Below, in pieces: positions 8,748 to 18,770 of a stretch of DNA of 64,000 nt (position 1 is the stretch's first letter; each line of letters opens with the position of its first letter). Origin of the DNA: Dehalococcoidia bacterium (GTDB taxonomy: Bacteria > Chloroflexota > Dehalococcoidia > Lucifugimonadales > GCA-2712585); assembly GCA_965207845.1 (NCBI GenBank), contig CBDBNU010000003.1, positions 956,480 to 1,020,479 on the forward strand, given 5' to 3'. Both the position numbers and the translations under genes were made by a program. The notes beneath the pieces were generated by a model. The model did no database searches and was not told the origin of the DNA. It worked only from the letters and a program-made list of their open reading frames with translations.

Positions 8748-10652
8748 TTATTCGTTGCCGGTAGGGGATTGTAGATGGATGTTCTTGGCCAGTTCTCGTC
8801 CGCTTATAGATAGGCGCCATATTCCCCAAGGCGAGTTGGAGTCGCAGTGGCCGGATTTCTTTAGTTGGTTATATGCACTAGTAATCGATTTACGGAGATT
8901 CGTATGAGTGGAAGTGTCTTGGTAGGTGATAATCAATAACAGCTTACTCTGTTCAGATGGCGTAAGTTTCATAATCTCTTCCGCATCTGGAATGGGAATT
9001 AGAATGTGTTTCTGCGCATCATTTAGAGACAACGTTCCCTTAATTACAAGATTTGTGTACTTGTTCCAAGTGTGTCTCCGTACGTCTTCCGGGTTAAGGG
9101 AAATCCCCAATCGCTTACCCTCTGTCACATAAAGTAACTCGGCTATCCTGCGAATTACACTCCCAGTTTCCCCCTCTCCTCCCATATCCCCTAGTGTAGC
9201 TAATAGTGCTTGAGAGACGATTCTAGGATTCTTGTGGAGTTCTCCATTGGCTATGTAATCCGGATTTGCTCTAGCCGACCATTCTAAGAGGTTTTCGATG
9301 GGTATGGTGGGCAAATTCTGCCGTTCGTGGGCATCTGCATGGCAATAATCGCATACTGGGTCATGCGGTAAATTACACAGTTCTTCCAGCATCCACCCAC
9401 TTCGGAAGGCGCGCCACTTGACGCAGCGGGGGCAAACTTTGCCGAAGGGCGCACCGCAGGACTTGCAGTCATGGCTGGCGGCTGGGGAAACGGTTCGGCA
9501 TTTATTACAGGTGACAACGGGCGCATCTCCGTCACTCTCTGCTTCACCCCGTGCTACCAGGGACCATTCACGGTAATCTTCCGGCAAACCATGCTTCCCA
9601 GCGTTGTGTGCCAAGTCTAATATTAAACAGTTGCCCCCGTCATCCTTGCGTCGAAGGCCCCGGCCTACCATCTGGAGGTAGAGGGAGAGACTCTTGGTGG
9701 GGCGGGCGATGACGATGCAGGATGCATCAGGCAAATCGAAACCTTCGGTTGCAATAGCCACGTTAATTAGCACGTTGAGATTCCCATTCCCAAAGTTATC
9801 AATTGCGTTGAAGCGCCGGTCTTGGTCAATCTTGCTATGAATCACCTCAGCGGAAACACCAGCCTCTTGAAACAGAGCGGCCAAATTCTCGGCATGGCCA
9901 ATGGAGACTGCGTAAACGATGGTCTGTCGATTCTCGGCGTGCTCTTGCCAGAACTTCAGGGCGCGGGCAGTCATCACGTCCCTATTTGCGTTCGCTGCTT
10001 CAATACTCTTTGGGTTGTAATCAAGATGGGATGGGACATTTCCGCCAAAGATGCGTCCTTCTGAATCTGGCACAAGAACGTTGGCCTTGCAGAGGAACCC
10101 TTTGTCTTGCAATTCGCTCACTTGCGGGCCGAGCACGAGTTCATCAAAAAGATGGCTAAAGCCTTCTTTCTTGGATAGCCTCCACGGAGTTGCGGTCATG
10201 CCTAGCACTTTGCCGGGCCACTGTCGGATTGCCCGTTCCCAACTCTTCGCGACTGCGTGATGAGCTTCATCGATTATCATCAGATCATTGGCGTCGTAGT
10301 CTCCCCATACGTCGTCAGCGATACGCGTACGACGCCCGACGGTTTGCGCCATCAGAATAACCGCACATCTGAGAATGCTGGGCGCCTTCCTATGGGGTGT
10401 CCAATCGATGTTGCATGTGGCCGATATGTCGGCCTCAGATAGCATCAATTCTGTTTGACTGGCTAGCTCTCTACGATGAGTAAGCCATACTGCCTTACGC
10501 CGACCGAGAAGGTATTTCGAAAGTAGCGCAGCAGCAATCACCGTCTTGCCGCCGCCGGTCGGCAGTTGCATCATCACCGGCTTGTCCGTTGATTCGAGTG
10601 ACGATAGGACTTCCTCCAGAAGTTTTTGCTGGTAAGGGCGTAGTTCGGTCAT
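8748..10652 (-). CDS. SF2 (ResIII/DEAD-like) helicase with double zinc ribbon and winged-helix-like C-terminal region
   Basis: 634 aa with LRPYQ, QLPTGGGKT, IIDEAHH and QMVGRGLR motifs and CxxC ribbons. It is a paralog of 4375..7857. GC is visibly lower, especially in the 3' third. Confidence 0.85.
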   Translation of the reverse strand: MTELRPYQQKLLEEVLSSLESTDKPVMMQLPTGGGKTVIAAALLSKYLLGRRKAVWLTHRRELASQTELMLSEADISATCNIDWTPHRKAPSILRCAVILMAQTVGRRTRIADDVWGDYDANDLMIIDEAHHAVAKSWERAIRQWPGKVLGMTATPWRLSKKEGFSHLFDELVLGPQVSELQDKGFLCKANVLVPDSEGRIFGGNVPSHLDYNPKSIEAANANRDVMTARALKFWQEHAENRQTIVYAVSIGHAENLAALFQEAGVSAEVIHSKIDQDRRFNAIDNFGNGNLNVLINVAIATEGFDLPDASCIVIARPTKSLSLYLQMVGRGLRRKDDGGNCLILDLAHNAGKHGLPEDYREWSLVARGEAESDGDAPVVTCNKCRTVSPAASHDCKSCGAPFGKVCPRCVKWRAFRSGWMLEELCNLPHDPVCDYCHADAHERQNLPTIPIENLLEWSARANPDYIANGELHKNPRIVSQALLATLGDMGGEGETGSVIRRIAELLYVTEGKRLGISLNPEDVRRHTWNKYTNLVIKGTLSLNDAQKHILIPIPDAEEIMKLTPSEQSKLLLIITYQDTSTHTNLRKSITSAYNQLKKSGHCDSNSPWGIWRLSISGRELAKNIHLQSPTGNE

Positions 10653-10741
10653 GGAGATAGCAGTATCCTCTACAGTTGGAATTGATTCTCAGCCGTTTGA
10701 ATATATCACGGGTGTTTGGCCTCTCGGTATTGCCGTAATCG

Positions 10742-10771
10742 TTGACGGTTCCCAAAGCGTCTTCATATACT
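10742..10771 (+). promoter_or_regulatory. putative sigma70-type promoter
   Basis: TTGACG, 18-nt spacer, TATACT, about 40 nt upstream of the ATG at 10809. Confidence 0.3.
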
Positions 10772-10808
10772 GCTGCTTTACGGTAATTCTGTCGTCGGAG
10801 GGTTGAAC

Positions 10809-11876
10809 ATGGCAGTCGGCCCAATCAACATCTACGAATACGAACCACTGGCCAAGGAGCGTCTTTCCAAAAGTCAGTACGACTTCATCGCGGGAGGGGC
10901 CACCGACGAAGTCACCCTCCGCCGTACGCGCCGAATGATGGACTCAATAGTCCTTCGCCCCAAGGTGATGGAGGACGTCAGCGTGGTCGACACCTCGACA
11001 ACGGTGCTTGGGCATCAGATAATCTTTCCCGTGATGCCCGCGCCCTCCGGCGCCCACGGTCGGGCGCACCCCGACGCTGAACTGGCCACGGTGCGGGCCG
11101 CTGGCGACGCAGGCACGGTGATGCTTCTCAGCTCCGGCTCCACGTTCACCATGGAGGAGGTGGCCCAGGCCGCCACGGGCCCCGTCTGGTTCCAGCAGTA
11201 TTTCTACACCGACAGGGGGATGACGGTGGAGATGGCCCACCGGGCGGAGGAAGCCGGATTCTCGGCCATTGCCCTCACGCTGGACATCAAGACCCTATCC
11301 AAGCGGGAGCGGAACATCCGCAACGAATACGTGCCACCTCAGACGGCCAACTACCAGTGGGCCAGCAACCTGGTGCGGGACCCGGCGGCCTCGTGGGACT
11401 ACCTGGAATGGTTTGCGTCGCAGACCTCCCTGCCCATCGTCATGAAGGGTATCATGACGGCGGAGGAGGCGGCGCGGTGCGGACAGTACGGCGCAAAGGC
11501 AATCGTCGTTTCTAACCACGGTGCGCGGCAGCTGGACACCACCTTTGCCACCATCGAGGTGCTGCCGGAAGTGGTTGACGCAGTTGACGGAGCGGTGGAG
11601 GTGTACATGGACGGGGGAATACGCCGCGGCGCGGACATCGTCAAGGCGGTGGCCCTGGGGGCGCGGGCCGTGCTCATCGGACGACCTCTCTTTTGGGGCT
11701 TGGCCGTCGACGGCCAAGCGGGGGTGCGGAACGTGCTTCAGATCCTGAAGGACGAGATGGAAATGACCATGGCTCTATGCGGCCGCCCCAACCTGGCCAG
11801 CCTGGACCGGACGCTGCTGGGGTTCCGCTCGCCGCTGCAGGACGTGCTGCCGGAGGTGGGGGGATTGGGCGGCTAG
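10809..11876 (+). CDS. FMN-dependent alpha-hydroxy-acid oxidase/dehydrogenase (glycolate oxidase/LldD family)
   Basis: Family pattern YEYEPLAKERLSKSQYDFIAGGA...LRPKV...VVSNHGARQLD...DGGIRRGADIVKA. The ATG is preceded by GGAGGG. Confidence 0.85.
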   Translation: MAVGPINIYEYEPLAKERLSKSQYDFIAGGATDEVTLRRTRRMMDSIVLRPKVMEDVSVVDTSTTVLGHQIIFPVMPAPSGAHGRAHPDAELATVRAAGDAGTVMLLSSGSTFTMEEVAQAATGPVWFQQYFYTDRGMTVEMAHRAEEAGFSAIALTLDIKTLSKRERNIRNEYVPPQTANYQWASNLVRDPAASWDYLEWFASQTSLPIVMKGIMTAEEAARCGQYGAKAIVVSNHGARQLDTTFATIEVLPEVVDAVDGAVEVYMDGGIRRGADIVKAVALGARAVLIGRPLFWGLAVDGQAGVRNVLQILKDEMEMTMALCGRPNLASLDRTLLGFRSPLQDVLPEVGGLGG

Positions 11877-12187
11877 TCGCGAGTCAACGTCTTCCCACGG
11901 GGTTGCACCCGTTCCCTGATGAGGGTACCCGATTTCGTCTCTGCTTTTCGCAGCTCGTAAGTCTTCTGCAGGTTCAGCCAGAATTGGGGAGACGTCCCGA
12001 GGTATCGGCCAAGACGTAGCGCCGTGTCCGCAGTCACCCCTCGTTGGCGGTTCAAGATGGCCGTAATTCGATTTGTTGGGACGTGCAGAACTTTCGCCAG
12101 TCCGCTTGCAGACATTCCCAATTCCTCCAACTCCTCCGCCAGAATCTCTCCCGGATGGACCGGCCTCATGCCGTTCTTGAATTTCAT
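11873..12187 (-). CDS. higA: HigA-family antitoxin (XRE HTH)
   Basis: MKFKNGMRPVHPGEILAEELEELGMSASGLAKVLHVPTNRITAILNRQRGVTADTALRLGRYLGTSPQFWLNLQ is the canonical HigA/VapI pattern. Start set at ATG 12187. Confidence 0.8.
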   Translation of the reverse strand: MKFKNGMRPVHPGEILAEELEELGMSASGLAKVLHVPTNRITAILNRQRGVTADTALRLGRYLGTSPQFWLNLQKTYELRKAETKSGTLIRERVQPRGKTLTRD

Positions 12188-12378
12188 AAAATGCCGCCTA
12201 ATGGGATAAATGAGCGCCAAGCAATCTATCAGGGTCTCCTCCCACAAGCAACTTCCCCTTCGTTGACGCTTTTGGCTTTGCTATCTATAATCCCGTCCGC
12301 TGGGACTGGGGGCAGTGGCCCATCCTTGGGTCTGCTTCGTGTTGCGGTCCCGGCGCTTATTCGGAAGGAAGAAGAATT

Positions 12379-12594
12379 TTGGACCCCAGCAAGATTGGCA
12401 TATACCTGCAGCCCGTAGAGGGTAAGCTGGTGCGCATCACCTCGCCATATTGGATTCCCGAGGCCCCCGACTGGGTGATGATAGCCAGCGACCCCAACGT
12501 CACCCTGCTCGCCGCCAGGCAGATTATCGGCGAGAAGGGACTGATGGAAGAATCCCAATCAGCTTTCTGGGCCAGAATTCCCGTGAAGGACTAG
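12379..12594 (+). CDS. hypothetical protein (possibly the remnant of a longer gene)
   Basis: Codon usage looks coding (high GC3). The frame is open from 12214 without a canonical start before TTG 12379. No family recognised. Confidence 0.25.
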   Translation: MDPSKIGIYLQPVEGKLVRITSPYWIPEAPDWVMIASDPNVTLLAARQIIGEKGLMEESQSAFWARIPVKD

Positions 12595-12636
12595 CAAGCC
12601 GGACTCCAGCTGTCACAAGATTCGGCTTTGGGAGAA

Positions 12637-13809
12637 ATGATGATAGACAGAATCGAGCAGTTTCTGAAGGATTCCCAAGCCTGCGTCGGCAAACGCGCCG
12701 AGGACGTTCCCCAGGGAGCGGACCTGGCCGACTGGCTGACCATCCGGCGCTTCTGCGCCGCCCTGGGAGACCCGAACCCCCTGTATAAGGACCCCGCCTC
12801 CGGGGTAGGCACCAAGTATCACAGCATGATCGCTCCGCCGACTTTTGTCGCAGCCATTCGCACCCCCACTGCCGCGGCCGCTTACCAGACGAAGGACTAC
12901 GGCGTCACCAGGATCACCCGCCGCGCCTCCATGGAGCTTGTGGACGTTATCCGCGTGGGCGACCGACTGAAGAGCGGCTTGCAGGTGACCGGCGTGTCTG
13001 TGGGCAAGGCCATGAACGGCAAGGCCACCGCCGACGTGGACTGCCGCGCCGTCTACCATAACTCCTACGGCGGGCTGATAGGCACGAGCACGGGCACGAC
13101 CGCTCTGGTCCCATTTCAGACGGGCGAGGGGATGATCTGTGACCGCGAGATATATGTCTATTCCGACGAGGAGATCGATAACATTCGGGAGGGCATCGAA
13201 GGCGAGCCGCCGCCAAGGGGCCGTCTGCTTCGCTACTGGGAGGACGCCGCCATCGGCGAAGAGCTTCCCCAACTGGTGAAAGGCCCCCTGAGTCTTTCCG
13301 ACATGATGGCGTGGACGGTGGCGGAGCAGAAGACGATGCCCCTCGGTTCGCCGGTTTACAGCGAACTGAAGCGGATGCCGGGCCGGGTGCGCACGAACCC
13401 CTCCACCAACTGGCCCTACTGGGACGCCGACCAGGAATACGAGGACATCCTCTCCTGCCGCGACGCTGGATTCGTCGCTCCCTTCAGCCGGGGCATGCAC
13501 GTGGTCTGCGTCGCAGGGCAGGTTGTCACAAGCTGGATGGGCGACGACGCATTTATGCGGTCGCTGGACGTCGAACTCCCCAACCACTTCCTTTACGGCG
13601 ATACGATGTGGCTGAAGGGTACGGTTTCGGACAAGTACAAGGAACGCGTCGGCGGCCAGACCTACTTCGCCGTAGAGGTGCGAATCAACGGAGTCAACCA
13701 GCTTGGGGAGACTGTCGTCATTGGCAAGGCCGTCGCCTATCTGCCTTCGCCCGGCCATCACGTGTCGCTGCCCATTCCCCACGCCGACTACGCCCCCCTC
13801 GGACGCTAA
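12637..13809 (+). CDS. double hotdog-fold (MaoC N-terminal plus MaoC dehydratase) enoyl-CoA hydratase-like protein
   Basis: FCAALGDPNPLYKDP...IAPPTF matches the MaoC_dehydrat_N pattern, and the C-terminal half is hotdog-like. Paralog of the next gene. Confidence 0.75.
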   Translation: MMIDRIEQFLKDSQACVGKRAEDVPQGADLADWLTIRRFCAALGDPNPLYKDPASGVGTKYHSMIAPPTFVAAIRTPTAAAAYQTKDYGVTRITRRASMELVDVIRVGDRLKSGLQVTGVSVGKAMNGKATADVDCRAVYHNSYGGLIGTSTGTTALVPFQTGEGMICDREIYVYSDEEIDNIREGIEGEPPPRGRLLRYWEDAAIGEELPQLVKGPLSLSDMMAWTVAEQKTMPLGSPVYSELKRMPGRVRTNPSTNWPYWDADQEYEDILSCRDAGFVAPFSRGMHVVCVAGQVVTSWMGDDAFMRSLDVELPNHFLYGDTMWLKGTVSDKYKERVGGQTYFAVEVRINGVNQLGETVVIGKAVAYLPSPGHHVSLPIPHADYAPLGR

Positions 13810-13829
13810 TTCCCGGACAGGAGCATTGC

Positions 13830-15176
13830 ATGACCACCGAACAGACCTTTGACGAAGCTATAGAGGAATATATTTCGCGCACCAGGGCCATGATCGACGA
13901 AGAGGTCATGGAGAACCTCCCGCCGGATCCGCCCTCGCCCATCGACCAGTCGGGGCCGCCCTATGAGGCGACGCTGCGCCTCGACGAGCGCACCATTCGC
14001 AATTACGCCCTCAGCATCGGCGACGACAATCCACTATTCACCGACCCTGAGTATGGCCGTCGTTCACGTTATGGTTCCCAGATAGCGCCGGGGCCGGTTC
14101 TCGCGCTTATTCGATACCCCTCGGCCCACGGGGCGAAGCGTCCCCAGGGCTACCCTATGGCCAACTTCATCTCCGGCACGGCGTGGGAGTTCTACGACGT
14201 TATCCGCGCCGGTGCGAAATTCCGCTCTTCCAAGGTCACCAAAGAGCTTATCGAGAGGTCCGGCTCCCAGGGCAAGCTGATTTTTCTGATTTCCGAATGC
14301 TATTATCACGACTTTCATGGCGACATGCCCGCCAAGTGCTACGGCACCCAGATTATGGTGCCCCAGCGCAACATGGAGTCCAGCCGCGCCGTTCCCCGAG
14401 AACGGCTGGGCAAGCACATGATGTACGAGCGAAAAGCGTCCCAGTACTCCCCGGAGCAGATTGACGAATACGTGCGGATGATTGAGGAATTCAAACCCCG
14501 CGGCGCAGAACCGCTCTACTGGGAGGACGTGAACGAAGGCGACGAAATCGGTCCCTTCGTGCTGCCGCCGTGGACGCTCCAGGACCAGGTGTCCCGCCAC
14601 TTCATGGACTACTGCACCAAGGCGGCGGAGAATCTCCCCGGCGACGAACTGGCCTTCGAGCCTTCCTACCACCACTCCCGCAAGACCGGCGAATGGGTGC
14701 GTGTGCATCCCATCACTCGATGGCCCTGGACGCCCGGCTCCGAGCACGAAGACGCGCTGCTGGCGATCTATCGCGGTCTGCCCGGCCCCTTCGATTTCGG
14801 CGTTCAGCGCGTCCAGATCCCCGCACAGCTGCTGACTAACTGGATGGGTGACGAGGGGTTCATCCGACGCCTCTACATCGCCATGCGCAAGCCCGTGTTC
14901 TACGGCGACGTGACCATCTACAAGGGCACTATCGTCAAGAAGTTCAAGGAGGTCCAGCGGGGCGAGGAAGGCCCCGGAGCCGTGCCCGGCGAGGTGGAAT
15001 ACTGCGCCGTCGGCATCGATATCGAGGGCACCAACCAGGTGGGCGAGGCCCAGGCCCCCGGCTCCGCGACGGTCTACCTTCCCTCCCGGGAATCCGGTCC
15101 GGTGCAGCTGCCCATCCCCCATCCGGCGCGTCCGCCCTTCGTCGGCTACAACACCTACCGGAAGAACTGGTACTAG
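13830..15176 (+). CDS. double hotdog-fold (MaoC-like) enoyl-CoA hydratase-like protein
   Basis: YALSIGDDNPLFTDPEYG...IAPGP pattern. Start set at ATG 13830 after GGACAGGAG. The track ORF (from 13311) overlaps the previous gene. Confidence 0.75.
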   Translation: MTTEQTFDEAIEEYISRTRAMIDEEVMENLPPDPPSPIDQSGPPYEATLRLDERTIRNYALSIGDDNPLFTDPEYGRRSRYGSQIAPGPVLALIRYPSAHGAKRPQGYPMANFISGTAWEFYDVIRAGAKFRSSKVTKELIERSGSQGKLIFLISECYYHDFHGDMPAKCYGTQIMVPQRNMESSRAVPRERLGKHMMYERKASQYSPEQIDEYVRMIEEFKPRGAEPLYWEDVNEGDEIGPFVLPPWTLQDQVSRHFMDYCTKAAENLPGDELAFEPSYHHSRKTGEWVRVHPITRWPWTPGSEHEDALLAIYRGLPGPFDFGVQRVQIPAQLLTNWMGDEGFIRRLYIAMRKPVFYGDVTIYKGTIVKKFKEVQRGEEGPGAVPGEVEYCAVGIDIEGTNQVGEAQAPGSATVYLPSRESGPVQLPIPHPARPPFVGYNTYRKNWY

Positions 15177-15219
15177 CATCGATGCCCAACGTAAATCTAT
15201 CTCATAAGGGTGAAAAATA

Positions 15220-16179
15220 ATGGCGCTGCTTCTCGGCGACGCTGAAGTCGATCAGGTGATGTCCATGGCCGACTGCGTAGAAGTCATGGAGGACGCGTTT
15301 CTGCAGGCGGGGCAGGGCGACACATGGAACCGACCCCGCTCCCGCATCCGCCTTCCTCGGGGGTTTCATCATCTGATGGCCGCGTCGGTGCTGGGTAGCG
15401 GTGTCTTCGGCCTGAAGACGTACACCAGCTTCCGCGCGGGCACCCGATTTCTGATCCTGCTGTATGACAGCAACACGGGAGACCTGCTGTCGCTGGTACA
15501 GGGGGCGCGCTGTTCCCTGCTTCGCACCAGCGCCGTGAGCGCCGTGGCGACGCGGCACATGGCGAGGGAAGATTCGGCGTCCGTGGGCATAATTGGCACG
15601 GGGTTTCAGGGTCGAGGCCAGCTGGAGGGGGTGTGCGCCGTTCGCGACATCAAGTCGGTCAAGGCCTTCGACCGCTTCCCCGAAGCCGCCGCCAAGTTCT
15701 CCGAAGAAATGTCGGCCAAGCTCGGTATCGAAGTCTCCCAGGCCGAAAGCGCCGAGGATTGCGTCCGCGGCTCCGACATCGCCATCACCATGACCACCGC
15801 CCGCAGTCCCGTTCTGCTGGGCGAATGGCTGGAACCGGGCATCCACGTCAACGCCGCCGGCAGCAACCACTGGATTCGCCAGGAGGTGGACGACGACGTC
15901 ATACGCAGCGCCGACCGGATAGTCGTCGACAGCATCGAGGACGCGAAAATCGAAGCGGGCGACCTGCTCTACCCCATCGAACGCGGCAGGGTGCGCTGGG
16001 ACCAGATCCACGACCTCGCCTCCGTAGTGGTGGGGCGGGTTTCGGGTCGGGACTCCGCCGAGGATATCACCCTTTTTGAGTCCCAGGGCATCGCAGTCAG
16101 CGACGTTGCCGCCGCCGCTTACGTCTACCGCAAGGCCAAAGAAGCGGGCCTGGGCGTGGAAGTCCCCCTGGAGTTGTAA
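15220..16179 (+). CDS. ornithine cyclodeaminase / mu-crystallin family NAD(P)-dependent enzyme
   Basis: 319 aa with a GTGFQGRGQLE Rossmann motif and family-typical N-terminus (LLLGDAEVDQVMSMADCVEVMEDAF). Confidence 0.8.
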   Translation: MALLLGDAEVDQVMSMADCVEVMEDAFLQAGQGDTWNRPRSRIRLPRGFHHLMAASVLGSGVFGLKTYTSFRAGTRFLILLYDSNTGDLLSLVQGARCSLLRTSAVSAVATRHMAREDSASVGIIGTGFQGRGQLEGVCAVRDIKSVKAFDRFPEAAAKFSEEMSAKLGIEVSQAESAEDCVRGSDIAITMTTARSPVLLGEWLEPGIHVNAAGSNHWIRQEVDDDVIRSADRIVVDSIEDAKIEAGDLLYPIERGRVRWDQIHDLASVVVGRVSGRDSAEDITLFESQGIAVSDVAAAAYVYRKAKEAGLGVEVPLEL

Positions 16180-16182
16180 CCT

Positions 16183-17541
16183 TTGAAAGCTGACGCGAAG
16201 AAGAAAGGCCCCCTCGCCGGTCTGCGCATCATAGACTCCACCACCATGGTCGCCATGCCCATGGCGCTTCACATCATGGCGGACATGGGCGCGGAGGTCA
16301 TCAAGGTGGAGACGCACACGCTATTTCGCACCGAGGCCGCCCGCCTCCTCTACGCTGACAACGAACCCGGCGACGACCCGTGGAACCGGGACGGCTCCTT
16401 CAACACCCTCCAACGCAGCAAGCTCGGGGTCACCCTGAACCTGAAAGTCCCCGAAGCCGTCCAGGCCTTCAAGGATCTGGCTCGCATCAGCGACGTTGTG
16501 GTGGAAAACAACCGCGCGGGCACCATGAAGCGCCTAGGCCTCTCCTACGAGGACCTGAAGCAGGAGAAGCCTGACCTTATCTACGTTTCCAACACCGGCT
16601 TCGGCCACACGGGCCCGTGGCGCACCTACGCCGGCATCGGGCGGATGTTTGAGCTCACCTGCGGCCTCAGCCAGTTCACCGGATACCCCGACGAAGGGCC
16701 CCGCCGCGTCGGAAAGTCCTTCTTCGACCAGCACGTGGGCTGGACGGCGGTCTTCGCCATCCTCGCCGCGCTGCACTACCGCCAGAAGACGGGCAAAGGG
16801 CAGTGGCTCGACCTGGCCATGTACCAGATTGGCGTGGCTACGATGGGCGACGCGCTGCTGGACTACGAGGTGAACGGACGCAACGGGCGCATCATGGGCA
16901 ACCGCCACCCCTACCACGCCCCCCACGGCGTCTACCCCTGCCGCGGCGACGATAACTGGATCGCCATTGGCGTGGAAGACGACGAGCAGTGGCAGGCGTT
17001 GGTGAAAGCTATGGGCAGCCCCGACTGGAGCCTCGACCCACGGTTTGCCAGCGCGCCCTTCCGTCTCCAGCACCAGGACGAAATCGACGTCCATCTGGGC
17101 CGGTGGACCTCTGGCTGGGACCACATGGAGCTTATGCAGATTCTTCAGGACGAAAATATTCCTGCCGCCGGGGTGCTGAACAGCCGGGAGGTGCTCACGA
17201 ATTCCCACATGAGAGGACGCGGCTTCTACGAAAGGGTAGAGCACAACCCCGATTCCGGCATCGGCCCGAAGATCTACTTCGGACGTCCCTGGAAGATGTC
17301 GAAAACACCGGCGAAAATCCGCCGCCCAGCGCCCGCCCTTGGCGAGCACAACGAGTTCATTCTAGGAGACCTGCTGGGTCGCGACGACGCTGAAATCCAG
17401 CGTCTATATGACATAAACGTCCTCGGCAAGACGCCCACGGACCCGCCCGACTTCAAGCCTCCTTCCTACGAACGCCAGCTGGAGGAGGGCACGCTGGCCG
17501 GGTACGATCCGGACTACTCCAGGAAAGTGGGGACCGACTAG
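16183..17541 (+). CDS. family III CoA-transferase (CaiB/BaiF)
   Basis: GPLAGLRIIDSTTMVAMPMALHIMADMGAEVIKVE is the N-terminal signature. TTG start. Confidence 0.85.
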   Translation: MKADAKKKGPLAGLRIIDSTTMVAMPMALHIMADMGAEVIKVETHTLFRTEAARLLYADNEPGDDPWNRDGSFNTLQRSKLGVTLNLKVPEAVQAFKDLARISDVVVENNRAGTMKRLGLSYEDLKQEKPDLIYVSNTGFGHTGPWRTYAGIGRMFELTCGLSQFTGYPDEGPRRVGKSFFDQHVGWTAVFAILAALHYRQKTGKGQWLDLAMYQIGVATMGDALLDYEVNGRNGRIMGNRHPYHAPHGVYPCRGDDNWIAIGVEDDEQWQALVKAMGSPDWSLDPRFASAPFRLQHQDEIDVHLGRWTSGWDHMELMQILQDENIPAAGVLNSREVLTNSHMRGRGFYERVEHNPDSGIGPKIYFGRPWKMSKTPAKIRRPAPALGEHNEFILGDLLGRDDAEIQRLYDINVLGKTPTDPPDFKPPSYERQLEEGTLAGYDPDYSRKVGTD

Positions 17542-17542
17542 G

Positions 17543-18766
17543 ATGCTGGACACCGCCCTCGGCCAGTTCAAGGTCGTCGACCTGAGCACCTACATCGCGG
17601 GGCCGCTGTGCTCCAAGATGTTCGCAGACTACGGCTCCGAGGTGCTGAAGGTGGAGCCCGCCCCCGCCGGAGACCCCGCCCGTGGCGTCGGCCCCTTCTT
17701 CCACGACGACCCCCACCCGGAGAAGAGCCTGCTCTACTTCTATCTCAACTGCAACAAGCGCGGCGTCACACTGAACCTGGAGACCGCCGCCGGTCGCAAG
17801 CTGCTGCTGGAACTGGTGAAGGACGCCGACGTTCTGCTGGAGAGTTTCCCCGCCGGTTACCTCGCTTCGTTGGGTCTTGGATGCGAAGACCTGGAAAAAG
17901 TGAATCCGGGGCTGGTGGTCACGTCCATAACCCCCTTCGGCCAGTTTGGCCCCTACCGTGACTACGCGGGCAGCGACCTGGTCTACTACGCCCTGAGCGG
18001 CATGATGTATTCCAGCGGTGCCCACGATCGGGAGCCATTGAAGCACGGACACCCTCAGAGCTTCTACATGGGCGGAATGATCGCCGCCTACGCCACCTCC
18101 GCCGCGCTGTTCTCCCGGCTGCTGACGGGCGAGGGACAGCACATCGACCTGTCCCTCCAGGAATCGGTCGCGGCGCACCACTACGACAGCGCCACCCGCT
18201 ACTCCTATACCGGCACCATCGAGCGTCGCGCGCCCAAAATCGAGAGCGGCTCCTTCAAGGGCACCCGCTTCGAAGGCATCGTCCCCGCCGCCGACGGACA
18301 CATCGCGCCGACGATGCAGCGAGGCCGCCCCACGGCGCCCTTCCACGAATACGTCACCTTCCTCGGCCACCCTGAGCTGGACGACACGAAATTCGCCGAC
18401 CGGCAGATGATTGCCGAGAACCGGGAGGAGCTGGACGAGGTGCTGCTTCCCCTGCTAAAGCAGTGGAAGAAGCTGGAGTACTTCAACACCTTCATGTCGG
18501 AGGGATTCGTGGCGGGCGTGGTGCAGACCTCGGAAGACCTGGCCAACTGCCCCCAGCTTGAGCACCGGGGCTACTTCGCTGAAATCGACCATCCCGTCAT
18601 GGGACGACTGCGAGTGCCGGGGGAGATGTTCCGCCTGCCGGAGTGTCCGTGGTCACTGCGCCTTCCCGCGCCTTTGCTGGGCCAGCACAACGGGGAAGTC
18701 TACCGCGACGAACTCGGCCTCTCCCAGTCGGACCTGGTAAACCTCCGACAACTGGGCGCGATCTGA
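17543..18766 (+). CDS. family III CoA-transferase (CaiB/BaiF)
   Basis: FKVVDLSTYIAGPLCSKMFADYGSEVLKVEP signature. It starts 2 nt after the previous gene. Confidence 0.85.
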   Translation: MLDTALGQFKVVDLSTYIAGPLCSKMFADYGSEVLKVEPAPAGDPARGVGPFFHDDPHPEKSLLYFYLNCNKRGVTLNLETAAGRKLLLELVKDADVLLESFPAGYLASLGLGCEDLEKVNPGLVVTSITPFGQFGPYRDYAGSDLVYYALSGMMYSSGAHDREPLKHGHPQSFYMGGMIAAYATSAALFSRLLTGEGQHIDLSLQESVAAHHYDSATRYSYTGTIERRAPKIESGSFKGTRFEGIVPAADGHIAPTMQRGRPTAPFHEYVTFLGHPELDDTKFADRQMIAENREELDEVLLPLLKQWKKLEYFNTFMSEGFVAGVVQTSEDLANCPQLEHRGYFAEIDHPVMGRLRVPGEMFRLPECPWSLRLPAPLLGQHNGEVYRDELGLSQSDLVNLRQLGAI

Positions 18767-18770
18767 ACCC

